From Chiloscyllium plagiosum (lineage: Eukaryota): DNA of 64,000 bases. The stretch spans positions 42,709,024 through 42,773,023 of the forward strand of contig NC_057719.1 of NCBI RefSeq assembly GCF_004010195.1, written 5' to 3'. Position 1 is the first letter of the stretch, and each line of letters begins with the position of its first letter. Positions 25,154-38,280 of this stretch are shown here, piece after piece. A program made the position numbers and the translations under genes. The notes beneath the pieces were generated by a model. The model did no database searches. It was not told where the DNA came from and worked only from the letters and a program-made list of their open reading frames with translations.

Positions 25154-25539
25154 GTATTTTGGAGAAGTCCTGGCTGTAGCTTGCTGATGTTTTCAAGCTA
25201 GGGCTATCTTCATTTGGATTCCAGGAGGTTTATATTGTCAGACAGTTCCACCGTTTATAACAATCCATCCAACTCGCTTACACCAGCGTCAGAGTTGTAA
25301 GACAACACTAAACTGATCTTACTGCTGGAAAAATTAATTTGGACTTAAGAATAAACACCGGGAAACAGCTCATGGAAAGTGAACGGTCAAAACCTGATTT
25401 AAACAAATGCTAATTGTAATTTGATTGTAATGATTTACCTTGGAGCTAATGAATACCATGTCAAAATAATACTTATAATTTAACTTTTATTGTAACTTGT
25501 GAAAACTTGAGAGTCTGTTTCCGTGTTTGTTTTTGGTAA

Positions 25540-26900
25540 CTCTTTGATCAAGTGTTTCCCAGGACATTGTGGGAAGTTAGGAAGAAATTGCGGAGCCACT
25601 AGTGGAGAAATATGTATCATGTATAGCCATGGGTGATGTGCCGGAGAACGAGAGGGTGGCTAATTTTGTGCCTTTGTTTAAGTCAGTCTGTAAGGAGATG
25701 CCTAAGAACTATAGACCTGTGAGTTTGACATCAGTAGTGGATACATTATTGGAGGGGACTTTGAGAGAGAGGTGTTTTTTATTATTCATTCACAGAATGA
25801 GGGCGTCGCTGGCCAGGCCAGCATTTATTGCCCATCCCTGATTACCCAGAGGGCAGATAGGAGTCAACCACATTGTGGGTCTGGAGTCACATGTAGGCCA
25901 GACGGGGTAAGGATGGCGGTTTTCATCCCTAAAGACATTCGTGAACGAGGTGGGTTTTTACAACAATTGACAATGGACTCATTGTCATCGTTAGACTCTT
26001 AATTCCAGATTTTATTAAATTAAAACTACACCGTCTGCCATGGCAGAAATCAAACCCAGGACCCCAGAACATTACCTGGGTCTCTGGATTAACAGTTGAG
26101 TGATAATACCTCTCGGACATTGCTTCCCCTTGAATTACATGTATTTAGAGAGGCCAGGACTGATTAGGGATAGTAAGCATGGCTTTGTGAGTGGGAAATC
26201 ATGTCTCTCAAACTTGACTGAATTTTTTGAGGACATAACCAAACATTGATGAGGGCAAAGCAGTAGATGTTAAAGCATCAGATCTTTGAGTCAAGGAGTT
26301 GGGAGATCATGTTGGAATTGTACAGGATATTGGTGAGGCCACTTTTGAAATACTGTGTTCAGTTATGATTGCCTTACTAGAGGAAGGGTATTATTAAGTT
26401 GGACAGGGTTCAGAAAAGATTTACCAGGATGTTGTTGGGAGTGGTTGGGGGGGGGGGGGGGGTGTGCTGAGGAGGTTGAGTTATGAGGATAGGCTGAAAT
26501 TTCCTTCCCTGGAGTTTAGGAGGTTAAGGGGTGACCTGAAGAGGTTTTAAAATCATGAGGGGTATAATTACGTAAATAGCAAAGGTCTTTTATCTAGGGT
26601 GGGGGAGTTCAAGATGTGGGGAGTAATTTTAAGGTGAGAGGAGAAAGATTTAAAAGGGACCTGAGGGGCAATCTTTTCCACATAAGAGGGTGGTTTAAAT
26701 GTGAAATGAACTGTCAGAGGAAGCGGTGGATGCAGGTACAGTTACAGCATTTAAAAGGCATTTGGATAAGTACATGAATAGGAAAGGTTTAGGGGGATAT
26801 GGGCCAAAATGCCCACAAGTGAGACTAGTTCCGTTTGTGAAATTTGGTCAGTATGGATAAGTTGGACCAAAGGGTCTATTTTCGTACTGTATGACTCTAT
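25540..26900 (+). mobile_element. CR1 LINE ORF2 fragments (RT N-terminus and C-terminus) with nested SINE
   Basis: ANFVPLFK...NYRPVSLTSVV; GAGGTTAAGGGGTGACCTG; TATGACTCTAT tail. Confidence 0.85.
25775..26128 (-). mobile_element. SINE of the 7036 family nested in CR1
   Basis: TTTTTATTATTCATTCAC...CCAGCATTTATTGCCCATCCC is the reverse complement of the family tail. Confidence 0.8.
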
Positions 26901-27379
26901 AATCTGGGTCTGTCATTTTATGTCTTCTTTTCCTTTTTGCCTCGCTGATACACCTCACCATACATTATTTTACTTCATCACTGTCTGCTGATGTGTGCCC
27001 CCATTTCCCATCACAAACGTTCAGTAACCTTCGATCTTCCAGCTATGCCTCTCTTAGCTTCCACCAAAGTGTTCTTCGAGGCATTGTCTCCTTTTGATCA
27101 GCAACTTTAATGTTTTCATCTGACCTCTCATCAACACACAATTTCATTCCTGTTTAAGTCAACCCTCTCTAAGCTAACCCTGAGAGTCAATTCACTCCAA
27201 CTAATTGTACGTCTCTCTTCAAAATACACATTCATTTGTGCCCTTGTCGTCCGTGAACCAATTGTGGATGATTGCATTGACATCACAGCCTTAATGTAAA
27301 CATGACTTCATGGTGATGACACCTTTCCCCTTCATGAAATCTCCTCAGTTGCCCTGTTTTCCATCCATTGCCCCATCAA

Positions 27380-30060
27380 GTCTATCAGATAGATGACAGT
27401 GACCTAAGTCCGTCTTCATCTGGCAACTCTCCTCCTGTAAGCAACTCATCTGCTTCACTCACTGATATTTTACCAAGAGGATCTTTACTGCTTTACTCCC
27501 TCAGTCTCTGCATACAATAGCTTCTTATCTTCTGTGATTTCAACCACAATCTCAACTCATGCTCTCTCTCCACTGAGTTCACTGTCCTCTTATCCTCGCT
27601 CAATCTCTACTTTCATTTAAACTGCCCAACTCAGAGCCAACCTCTTGACCTTCCCATCCCATGGTTTTGCTGGTTCTCTCATATTAATCTGATAGATAAG
27701 GCCATCTCTGATTGCTTAGTTTTATCATGTATATTCCCTCCACGTGCCTCTGCATCTTTTTCTACTTTGCCTAAAAAGCTCCTCTTCATTTTGCTTACAA
27801 CTCCAGTGTCAAAACCTCAGCTGTCAAGCTTTTAATCTTCTGTGCAGCACAGCATTTCTGCAGCTAATGATTGTTCAACTGCACCCTCACCTCCACATTT
27901 GATCCCACAGTTCCCAATAAAACCATTGCTTTTTTTCACCCTGGACATTCCCCTGCTATAGATCACATCTGCACTCCTTGAGCAACTAGTGTAGCCATTT
28001 TTTTGCCAGATTTCGCTAGGTCACACATGGCAAAGTTGGTCCTTGTTTTAAGCTGCTCCCTATTTTAGGGTCATTCTGGAATGCAGCAAATAGCCAGTGG
28101 CTTCTTATCTGTACTGCAAACCATCTTTTTAAACTCCTTTCCAATGTTCTTCCTCATCTCTAATAAGCATGAGAGCTTCATGAACTTCTTTGTGAATAAG
28201 ATTATAATCCTATTTGAGCAACTGCCTCTACCTCATCCCTCCATTCCAATGGCCCACCATTGGAATATCCATTAGCCTGCTCTACACTTGCACCTTTGTC
28301 TAGTTTCTGACATGCCCTGCCTGAACTCATCTTGTCTATGCAATATACATTTTGCTCATGCAACCTAATTTCCCCTAAATTGCAGAGTATTCAAGTTTCT
28401 TTTCTGGTACTCATGCTAGCCAATAATCTTGATGTGTCACTTTCTTCAGGTCTTTGTTCCTATCCTATAAATTTGCAGTTATTCCCCCCTTCCCTCAAAA
28501 AATTAATCTTTGGCCCAGTTTCCTTGAAAATTACTGCCCCATTTCCAATCTCTCTTTCATCTTTTAAGTCCTTGAAAACATTGTCACTTTCAAAACCCAT
28601 GCCCATAATTCATGGATTTTCATGTTTGTATCTATCAAATCAGGTTTCCACTCCCGGATCAAATGAAGTCTTAAATCTCAAATGGCATCTTGTGTGCTTA
28701 CAATAAAGGTAAACCTGCCCTTCTTATCAACTTTACCTGTCTGCAATCATTGACACAATTAATCTAATTAACCAACTGCCATCTTCCCATACCTCTGCCA
28801 TTGTCCAGCTTAATGGGGGTTGCTCTCATTTGGTTCTGTCCTTATTTATCTGATCAAAGCCAGATTATCACTTCCAGTAGCTGCTTTTTCCAATCCCACA
28901 GTAATATTTCTGGCATCCCCCGAGGATGTTTCTTTGGCCCTTTTACTATCTCTTGTCTTTCTGCTGCTTGCTGTGGGCAAAGAATTGTGGGGCTTGAGGA
29001 GATTACTGAGACAGGAATGGGTAGGGCCAGAGGAACTTGGAAACAAGGATGAGAATTTTAAGATCAAGTAGGCAATAATTTTCACAATGACACCCACTTC
29101 TAACTTACCACCACCTTTGTGCACTCCTGCAGTGGTTTTTAAATTATCTGATTGCTTATATGAGATGCTGTACTGAATAAGGAGAAATATCCTCCAATTA
29201 AATATTGAGAAATCTGAAGCAGTGTGCATATTAAGAACTGTTACCCATGTTAGATGAGTGACTGCATTTCTGAAATGCTTAATTGCCCAGGGAGCATTTT
29301 AAGATATCCTGTGAAAGCATTGTAAAAATTTCAAGTATTTCATTTTTTCTTTTGTTTCAAATCCCTGCTCCAAGGTCATTTTCTAGCTGCCAACTCTATC
29401 CAAATACCCGACAACAGTCTGAAACTAATTTAGATTGTCCACAACCATTGTATGACCTTTGACATGGAGATAAGCTGTTAATCACGCATTCATGCCATTA
29501 CTAAAATAGGCTATTTCCATCCTCTGTAACATTGTCCAACTTCCCCCTGTCTCATTCATGGCCTCTGTTACCTTTAGCCTTGACCATTCAAATGCATTCT
29601 GCTGGTCTCCCCCTTTCCATCCTCTATAAACCTGCTGCTGTATCTTCACTCTCACCAAATCCCCTTAGACAATCAGCCCCATGCTTCCTGACCAATGTTG
29701 CCTACTTGATCTTAAAATTTTCATCCTTGTTTCCAAGTTCCTCTGGCCCTACTCATTCCTCTGTCTCTGTAATCTCTTCAAGCCCCACAATTCTTTGAGA
29801 TATTTGGTTTCATATACTTATGGTCTCTCGAGCATTCCAAATTTTAATCACTCCAGTATTGGTGCTGCCAAAACTGTTGAACTCCCTTCTTACACTGATA
29901 TTTCCTTCTTTAAGACACTTCTTACAGCCTGCTTCTTTAACAAGGCTTTTGGCTATCTCACCTGATATCTTATGTGGTTTTATAATACTGCTGTGAAGTA
30001 CTTCAGGATACTTTACTTTATAATACTGCTGTGAAGTACTTCAGGATACTTTACAAGTTG
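27380..30060 (+). mobile_element. Highly decayed L2-like LINE
   Basis: Pyrimidine-rich; remnants such as CTCATTTGGTTCTGTCCTTATTTATCTGATC, CTCCAATTAAATATTGAGAAATCTGAAGC and ATTTTCATCCTTGTTTCCAAG typical of L2 ORF2. Confidence 0.5.
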
Positions 30061-30119
30061 CATTACAAGTTCGCGGCTTTCATTACTAGATTATACATAT
30101 CTGGTAATAAATTTATTAA

Positions 30120-30380
<261 letters not shown>

Positions 30381-32049
30381 TGAATATATTAAGATGCCCA
30401 CATTCTATGATTAAAGAATAATTAATATTGACTGGGACAAAAAATTGGAAAGCATGAATGCAAGAGTACTTTGAAAAGGCTTCAGAAACATGATTCAAAG
30501 GGCCAGATTATCGCTGCAGAGACAGTCAGGCAGTTTATCAATTTGGCAAACCTGACTCTGTTTAAAGGGCCCTAAAAGCTCTGTTGTCCTCTCTGGAGAG
30601 GTAGGTGCAGGATAGAAGGCCCATCTCACATCTTTAAGACTACATCCCAGTTGTGATTAAAGCTTTTAGGTCTCTAATCCTCACCGTAATGCCTCAACAC
30701 TCCTGCCCCTCCCAATCATGACTTCTGTGCCAACTCGAATTCCTAGCCATACTCTCTGGCCCCTCATTGTCCATGCCAAATTAAATCCCTCTGTGGTGCC
30801 TGACTCTCCATGCAAACTCGTATCCTTTCCAAAGGCATTCACCTCGCATGCACTGTGTATGTAACCAAATAATACCAGTGACACATGGGACTTGCTGAGA
30901 AAAACGCACCCATTCAGAAATGTTCTTTGCAAAAAATAATTGCTGCTCTTACAACCCTATAAAAAGGTCAATCAAAGTTTATTATTAAAGTATCAATAAT
31001 AGAAGCTTGAAACACTTCACAACACTAAATTTATGGATGCACATATTAAGACATTAAGGAAAGCGATCATAAGAAGATAAACTTGTTATAACCACTTAAG
31101 CATGACAATTGAGCAAAGTTGACAATTTGTTGCACTTGTTGAAACAGAATACCTGCTGACCTGGGATTTATCGGTCTGGCCTCTAGCCAAACATTAATGC
31201 TGTTTGGTTATGTACATTGAGCGATTGAGCATGGAAGTAGGCAGCCATAGGGAAAATGCTAGAATCTATAAAAATGGACATGATAATAGCACACTTGTAG
31301 GATTGAGAAGAATTGACATGGATTTATGAAAGGGGAATCATGTTTGACAACCTGTTGGACTTTTTTTGATGATGCAAATAACAGAGTGGAAGTTGATAGC
31401 ATGGAGAGTATGTGAAGATGTGGGGAGTAGCTAGGGGACATGGGGTAAGATTTTTAGAATTAACTTTCCAAAAGGTCCCTGAATCTAAATTCTGGTTCAC
31501 AGCTCCTGAAGTTGCTGACGTGATTCTATAAAATATACAAGAAGCTAGGAGATGCCTATTCCTGTGAAGGAGCCAGCCAAGTCGGGAGTGCAGATTCTTT
31601 TACCCATATCCTTATCCTGCCCCCAGGAAAGTCGCCAGCCTCAGAAAGGAGGTGAATTTGGGTGCCATCAGCTATTTTTAAGTCACTTCAAAGTCCTCCA
31701 AACTCATTATCCATTAAATTGAAAAGCTTTGAGAGATTTAAATAGCTTTCCATTGTGTGAGTAAGTGAATGTGGGCAAGACGGCAGGGTGGTAGGTGAAC
31801 AGGTCAGGTTAGGTCTAGCCAGGGGTATAGGAGGTCAGGGGGTCACATGGGAATCCAAGGATAAGGTGAATGAGAGAGCTAGGGTGGGGGGATGGGGGAG
31901 AAGTTCGTTGAGGATGTGGAGGTAGATGAAAGAGTTAAGAGGATGGCGAGAAAGTGTTTGTTAGAAGAGTTAATTGTTACCCAGAAGTTAGAACTTTTTT
32001 TATTCATCTAACATTTCTTGGGTAACTATCCAGGTAAACAATGCACGTG

Positions 32050-32745
32050 CCAGACAATGACTATCTCCAACAATCGAGTTTACGACCATCCTAAACCTGG
32101 GCATTCAATCGCAGAACCCCCCACTATCAACATTTTAGGAAGTTACTGTAATCAGAAATTCAGCTGAACCAGACATATAATTCTGTAGCTGGAAAGAGCA
32201 GGTCAGAGACTAGGAATTTTGCAGTGCGTAGCATAACACCTGACTCCACAAAGCCTATCCACCACCTACAAGCTACAAGTCAGGGGTGTGACCATCTTTC
32301 CATACTTCCCGCTTGTTTGGATGAATGCAATTCCAACAACATTCAAGAAGTTTGACACCATCCCAGGACAAAGCAGCCCACTTGATTGGCCCCACCACCT
32401 TCAACATTCACTTCCTTCACCAAAAGCGTACAGTAGCAACAGTGTGTATCATCTGCCAGAAACATTGCCGTAACTCTACAAGGCTCCTCAGGCAGCACCT
32501 TCCAAACCTACCAATTCTATCAAGTCAAAGGGCAAAGGTAGCAGGTTCTTGGGAACCCACTATCTACAAGTTCTCTTCCATGTTGTACATCAAGCTGACT
32601 TGGAAATATTTCACCATACCTTTAGTTGCATGGGATCAAACTCATACTCTCCCCTAGAACTGCAGCAATACAATAAGGCATATCCACCTCTCCAGTGAAG
32701 TTAGGAATGGGCAATAGATGTTAGCCTAGTCAGTGACACCCTCAA
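32050..32745 (+). mobile_element. LINE family B 3' fragment
   Basis: Homologous to 225-610 and 53772-54252; ends TTAGGAATGGGCAATAGATG. Confidence 0.65.
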
Positions 32746-33476
32746 AATATAAAGAGTCCGAACCCTCTGAAGTCTCTGTCTGAATTAGAGACCTTTTTTG
32801 GAACATTTCAGATGTATGGTAACTGTGTGTCTGAAGTGTAAGCTTCTGAGCAATTCCTGTAGAGTTTTTTTTTGCGGGACTTCGCTGGAGTACTGCTGTG
32901 CATTTTCTGGAGTACATTCAGTGTCTGATGATCCAGAAACTGGACACACTGGGCTTTTGCGCTGCTCAGTCATATCCCTAGGAATTAGACAGTTGAAGAT
33001 ACTGGAAGTAAAATCTACATTTTTTTTTTGCCCATTGAGAAAGAATTTCAAAAAGATCATGGCTGATCAAATTGTGGCCTACCTACCTGTTCCCCTTAAT
33101 CACCATCTTTAATGGTACCACAAAATAAGTCTGAAGCAGAAGCAGTTTAATAAACAGTGCTCATTTACAGAGAGATTTTTATAATGTCTTGCAAACATTT
33201 TTGTGTGTGTGGGCTACGTTTTTATAATTCCCAAATAAGAGAAACCAAATGGGCGACTTTTATTTCATAGATAGTTGTCTGTCTTGCTTTATTGTTGAAC
33301 CTCTTCCTGTAAGAAGAGTTAAAGCTTTTTTTATAGTCTGTCTGTGTTTTGCATATATGTTTCAAATTGTGAGGCAATTTGATTTCATTCAAATCTTTTT
33401 ATTGCTAAGTTTTAATAGAACTTCTCATTAAATAATGTGTTGTTATCTCTTGTTTAATTTTGTTTTTTAAACTCAG

Positions 33477-33515
33477 ATTCCAAAATCATCATCACGGACA
33501 TCCCATAACTCTCAG
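33477..33515 (+). CDS. CEP170B: Candidate alternative 39-nt CEP170B cassette exon (IPKSSSRTSHNSQ)
   Basis: T-rich tract, ctcag| acceptor, 13 sense codons, CAG|gtgcat donor; phase 0-0 between AREE and LVQHIPE. Confidence 0.55.
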
Positions 33516-33631
33516 GTGCATCATTCTGTTTCCATCTTTCATTTTAGAACATGTGATTTTATATATGTTTACGCACTTAGAACACACATGGTTAAACTGA
33601 GATTTTAAACATAGTTTACACATTTTTTTAG

Positions 33632-33772
33632 TTGGTGCAGCACATTCCTGAAGCAAGTCTGAACTTTCAGAAGGTTCCCCCAGAATCTTCAGGAATTAAG
33701 AAAGATTTGGATCAAAATATGAATGATAGCAAAGATCCAGATTCAAAAAGAAGAAGCTGGAACAGAGAAGAG
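33632..33772 (+). CDS. CEP170B: CEP170B coding exon (141 nt, phase 0 to 0)
   Basis: ttag|[26 protein letters not shown]...DLDQNMND...RRSWNREE|gttatc (weak donor). Confidence 0.93.
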
Positions 33773-34222
33773 GTTATCTTTGTTTTCTATATATTTGAGC
33801 AATGCCATGAGTTGCCTTTGTTTCTCAGAAGTGTGGGTGCATCATTTTATATTAATGACTATAATGGTGGGCTAAATTTGTAAGGTATTGCGAAGCTAAT
33901 GATAATGTTTGTTAGAAGAGAATGTGTTATATTAAAATGTACATTATGTGAAGTCTTGAATGTTTTAAAAATGATATACACATATAATCCATGTCGCAAT
34001 CTATTGAAACAAATGTAAATCATGAGTTGTTGAAGCAAAGTGGGGAATGAAGTGCACTTATAAATGCAAGTGTGTATAGGTTTCATTCATGTATATAAAT
34101 GACTGATTTACTTTGTGGCATATTGTAGCATCAAATCAAAATAAAATAAAATCATACAATAATACAGCACATAAAGAGGCCCCTCACTTATCAAGATTGC
34201 ACAAGTTCTCTCAAAAACAACC

Positions 34223-34452
34223 TTTGCACATCCTCCCCGTGTCTGCGTGGGTTTCCTCCGGGTGCTCCGGTTTCCTCCCAGTCCAAAAATGTGCAGGTTA
34301 GGTGAATTGGCCATGCTAAATTGCCTGTAGTGTTAGGTGAAGGGGTAAATGTATGGGAATGGGTCTGGGTGGGTTGCGCTTCAGCGGGTCGGTGTGGACT
34401 TGTTGGGCCGAAGGGCCTGTTTCCACACTGTAAGTAATCTAATCTAATCTAA
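34223..34452 (+). mobile_element. HE1-like V-SINE, 5'-truncated, young
   Basis: GTCTGCGTGGGTTTCCTCCGGGTGCTCCGG core with CpGs retained; (AATCT)n tail. Confidence 0.9.
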
Positions 34453-34766
34453 CCATATTAATCCCACTCACTAGCCTCTTCTCCATTTTTCTCTTTCAGC
34501 TATTTGCTTTTGTAAGCTTCTATTGAAACTCATTCCATCATCCTGTCAGCCAGTGTTCAAAATCTTAACCATTCATTGCATCATTGTTTGTTTTTTTTCT
34601 TGTAATCTGATTCTTTTGCTAATCTCTTCAAATCTGTTTAGTTATTGTCCCTTCAGTTGTGTTTTTTTTAAATCTTATTATTTACTTAATCTGAATCTTT
34701 CATGATTTTAAACACTTTATCAAATCTTGTCTGCTTTAAAGAATGCAGCCCCACCACCTTCACAAG

Positions 34767-34931
34767 TAAATTACTGCAGATGCTGGAAATCTGAAATAAA
34801 AACAGGAAATAGCTGGAAATACTCAGCAGGTCAGGCAATATCTGTGGAGAGATATTGCCTGAATTGCCAATTAATGTTTCTCTCTCCACAGATGCTGCCT
34901 GAACTGCGAAGTATTCCAGCACTTCCTGTTT
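34767..34931. mobile_element. Older palindromic element made of two inverted PLE-like termini
   Basis: 34800-34852 is an imperfect inverted repeat of 34881-34931 (GCTGGAAATACTCAGCAGGTCAGGCA / TGCCTGAACTGCGAAGTATTCCAGC). Confidence 0.65.
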
Positions 34932-35920
34932 CTACAGTTGAGCAATGTAACTGTAATCTTTATCCATACATTGTGGTCCTAAATTAATCTCTGTATCCTC
35001 TCCAGTAGGATATCCTCTTCACTAGTTGAACTAGTGGTTTATGTAGGTTGACAATAACATTGCAATGTTGATTTATAAAACCTAGTGTTCTATTCGTCCT
35101 GTTTTTTTTAAAAAAAATCTTTGTTAATATGTCCTGTCACTTGCAAAGATTTGTGCACAACAATTTGTGCATATTCTCTCTTGTTGCCCCCCCCCCCCCC
35201 CCAAAATGATACCATTTAGGTATTTTACCTCATTCTTCTGACCATAATGTATCACCTCACTTTTCTGCTTTGTTTTTCCATCTGTCTTATCTCCTCCTAT
35301 TTCATCACCTGCCTGTAGCCATTTGAAGTCTACTTCTATCTTCATCGTTGCTTACTATACTTCGAAGTTATGTGGTATCTGCAGGTTACAAAATAGTGTC
35401 TTCATACTCGAAAGCTAAGTGTCCAATGCATGTTAAGAACTGTAGTGGTCTGGATACTGAACCCTGGGTAAAATCACAACTTACCACTATCCAGTCTGAA
35501 AAATAGCCTTTCACTATGATATTCTATGTTCATATCTTGGCCAATCTAGTATCCATGCTGCTACTACTTTTGTCTTCAAATTTGTTAATCAGTCTGTTCT
35601 TAGAAAATCCATATCAACAACATTAATTGTACTGCCACTTCATGTTATATTATCGAGGTTATGATATGCAATACATACTGTAAGATCCTAAGCTGTTTAT
35701 AGAGTTAATTTTAACACTGCAAATCAAAAATAGATGCCTATTACAATAAGTAAACTGCTTGCAAGTTTAGTTTTATTAATTCATTACTAACCCAATAGCG
35801 CAAAAGTGAGTGCTGAAGCTTCAACCTAGAGCAAAATTAATTTTCTCTTTTGTTTGGTGAAATGCTGTTATCAGCAGTTGAAATGTTTGTACTGAGGAAC
35901 TTCAGTTGAGATGTTTGTAC

Positions 35921-36025
35921 TGAGCCCTTCTTCATTCCTGAAGAAGGGCTCATGCCTGAAACGTCAATTCTCCTGCTCCTTGAATGCTGCCTGACCTGCT
36001 GCGCTTTTCCAGCAACACATTTTCA
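35921..36025 (+). mobile_element. Fold-back mini-insertion of a PLE terminus with HHR motif
   Basis: 14-bp hairpin 35921-35934/35939-35952; CTGAAGA-A-GGGC-TCAT-GCCT-GAAA-CGTC; flanking TGTACTGAG at 35916-35924 and 36030-36038. Confidence 0.8.
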
Positions 36026-36744
36026 TTTCTGTACTGAGGGACGATCCACTTTGAATTGTAGATGCTAATAGTAGAGTTAGATGCAGATTGAACATTTACT
36101 CTGTATTTCCAATCAGTGTCACTGGGATAAAATCCTGAAACACAGCCCCACCACATGGACCGCAGCAGTTCAAGGAGTCAGCTCATCACTTTTTATGGGC
36201 AATTAGAGATGAAAATAAATGCCGGCCTTGCCAGCCAAATGCAAGATTAGTTTTGTAAAAATGACTTTGCCCAATCTTAGCATGGTGCCAACCATCTAAC
36301 TGATGCCCACCAAAAACCAATCACTGTCAAATTGGAGACAATTTACTGTTATTGGCGCTTCATTGAGTATGTACAGCCAGCTGTCATTTGAGACCTTTAT
36401 AGGTAGTAGACAGAGTATATATCAGTTCTGAAAGTCTAGACTGGAAGTTAACCTCAGTGACAAAATGAAAATGTCAGAAATAACCATTATAGTAATAAAT
36501 CAAACAGTAGATGTATCACTTTAACTCAATATTTTTCATATATCTGGTTGCTTTCTGTCTCCATTCTGCTTTTTATTTTAACTTCTTCATTTCTGTCTAA
36601 TTTATCTTTACTAGCTATTCTAAACCTTGATCCAGATTTATTAGGACATTTTGTGATGTTTCCTGTTGGATAAAAGTTGTGCATTTAGGTTAAATAAAAA
36701 ATGTACATAAAGTCACTGAAATTGAGAGCTAACAATGATGCATT

Positions 36745-37107
36745 ATAGAATCCCTACAGTGTTGGAACAGGCCATTTAGCCCAATAAGTCCACACTGACC
36801 CTCCGAAGAGTAATCCACCCAGACCCATCTCCTACCCTATTACTCTACACTTTACCCCAGACTAATGCACCTAACCTTCACATCCCTTGAATGCTATGGG
36901 CAATTTAGCAAGGGCAATTTAGCAAGGTCAGTTCACCTAACCTACGCGTCTTTGGATTGTGAGAAGAAACTGGAGCACCCAGAGGAAACCAAGGCAAACA
37001 CAGGAAGAATGTCCAAACTGCACACACAGTCATCTGAGGCTGGAATCAAAACCGGGTCCCTGGTGCAGTGAGGTAGCAGTGCTAACCGCTGAACCACCAA
37101 GCTGCCC
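36745..37107 (-). mobile_element. HE1-like V-SINE
   Basis: Same structure as 18378-18717. Confidence 0.85.
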
Positions 37108-37669
37108 ATAATGGCAGCAGACATCTGGAAACTAGATGATAGTAAGACCACTACCTGTCTCCCATCAATCAGTAAAATTAAAGAATTGAGAAATAAACAC
37201 ACAGCACTTTGAAGAAGGACGACTTAGGCTGATTTCCATGTCAAATTCAGTATGGAATGATAAATGAGAATGGGAAGGAACAATTACAAATGAGAAAAAA
37301 AGGACTGATTAAAGACAATAGTTAGAATTTAAATTTCTAATTTTAACTTTTTAAGAAAAAATTACCACTGAAGATTCCACTTTATATACTTTGAGCGAGA
37401 GAGGTTAATGGTGCTCATTAAAAATTATTACATCATTAAAAATCTGCTGATAATTTCTAAACTTAATTTTTCTGGGGCAATTTAATGCATGACCAACACG
37501 TAAATGCAACAATTGTTGAAAATCGTAGGGAGATTAAGCAAAAGGAGGAGTTTTCACCAGCTTAGAAGTAGAGCAGCACAAATCAGCCATCAACTCATTG
37601 TGATTCACAGTGCATGAGGTTTCATAATGTCACAAGTTATTGCTGGATTTTTTGGCATTTGTAATAACT

Positions 37670-38280
37670 TTTTCTAATTCGTTCATGGGATGTGGGCATC
37701 ACGAACTGGGCCACCATTTGTTGCCCATCCTGAGATGCCCTTGAGAAGATAATGGTGGTGGTGGTGAACTGCCTTGTTGAACTGCTATAGTTCATTTGGT
37801 GTAGGTACATTCATAATGCACTTAGTGAGAGAGTTCCAGGATTCTGATCCAGTGACACTGATGGACAATGAGATGTTTCCTAGTCAGGACGGTGATTGAC
37901 TTGGAGGGGAAGTTTATAGACGCTGGTGTTTGCATATAAATCCTGCTTTTGATTTTCTAGATGGTAGAGTCCATGAGTTTGGAAGGTGCTGTTGAAGGAA
38001 CCTTAGTGAATTTCTACAGTGCATCTGTCGCTTGCTTGCGTTTTTCACAGTCCTGCTTTGTAGTTTCACCAGGCTGACACCTCAATTTTAGGGATACCTG
38101 ATCCTGTTCCTGGCATTCCCTCCTGCACTCTCAATTGAACAGGAATTGATCCAAAGACTTGATGGTAATGGTTGAGTGAGGGATATGCAAGGTGGTTGCA
38201 AATTTGTTGACATCCAATGCTGCTGGCCCATAGTCATGAGTTACTAGATCTGTTCAAAATCTATTCCATTTAGTAGAGTT
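37670..38280 (-). mobile_element. LINE family B 3' fragment
   Basis: TTCGTTCATGGGATGTGGGCATC...TTGTTGCCCATCC is the reverse complement of the family B tail. Confidence 0.6.
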
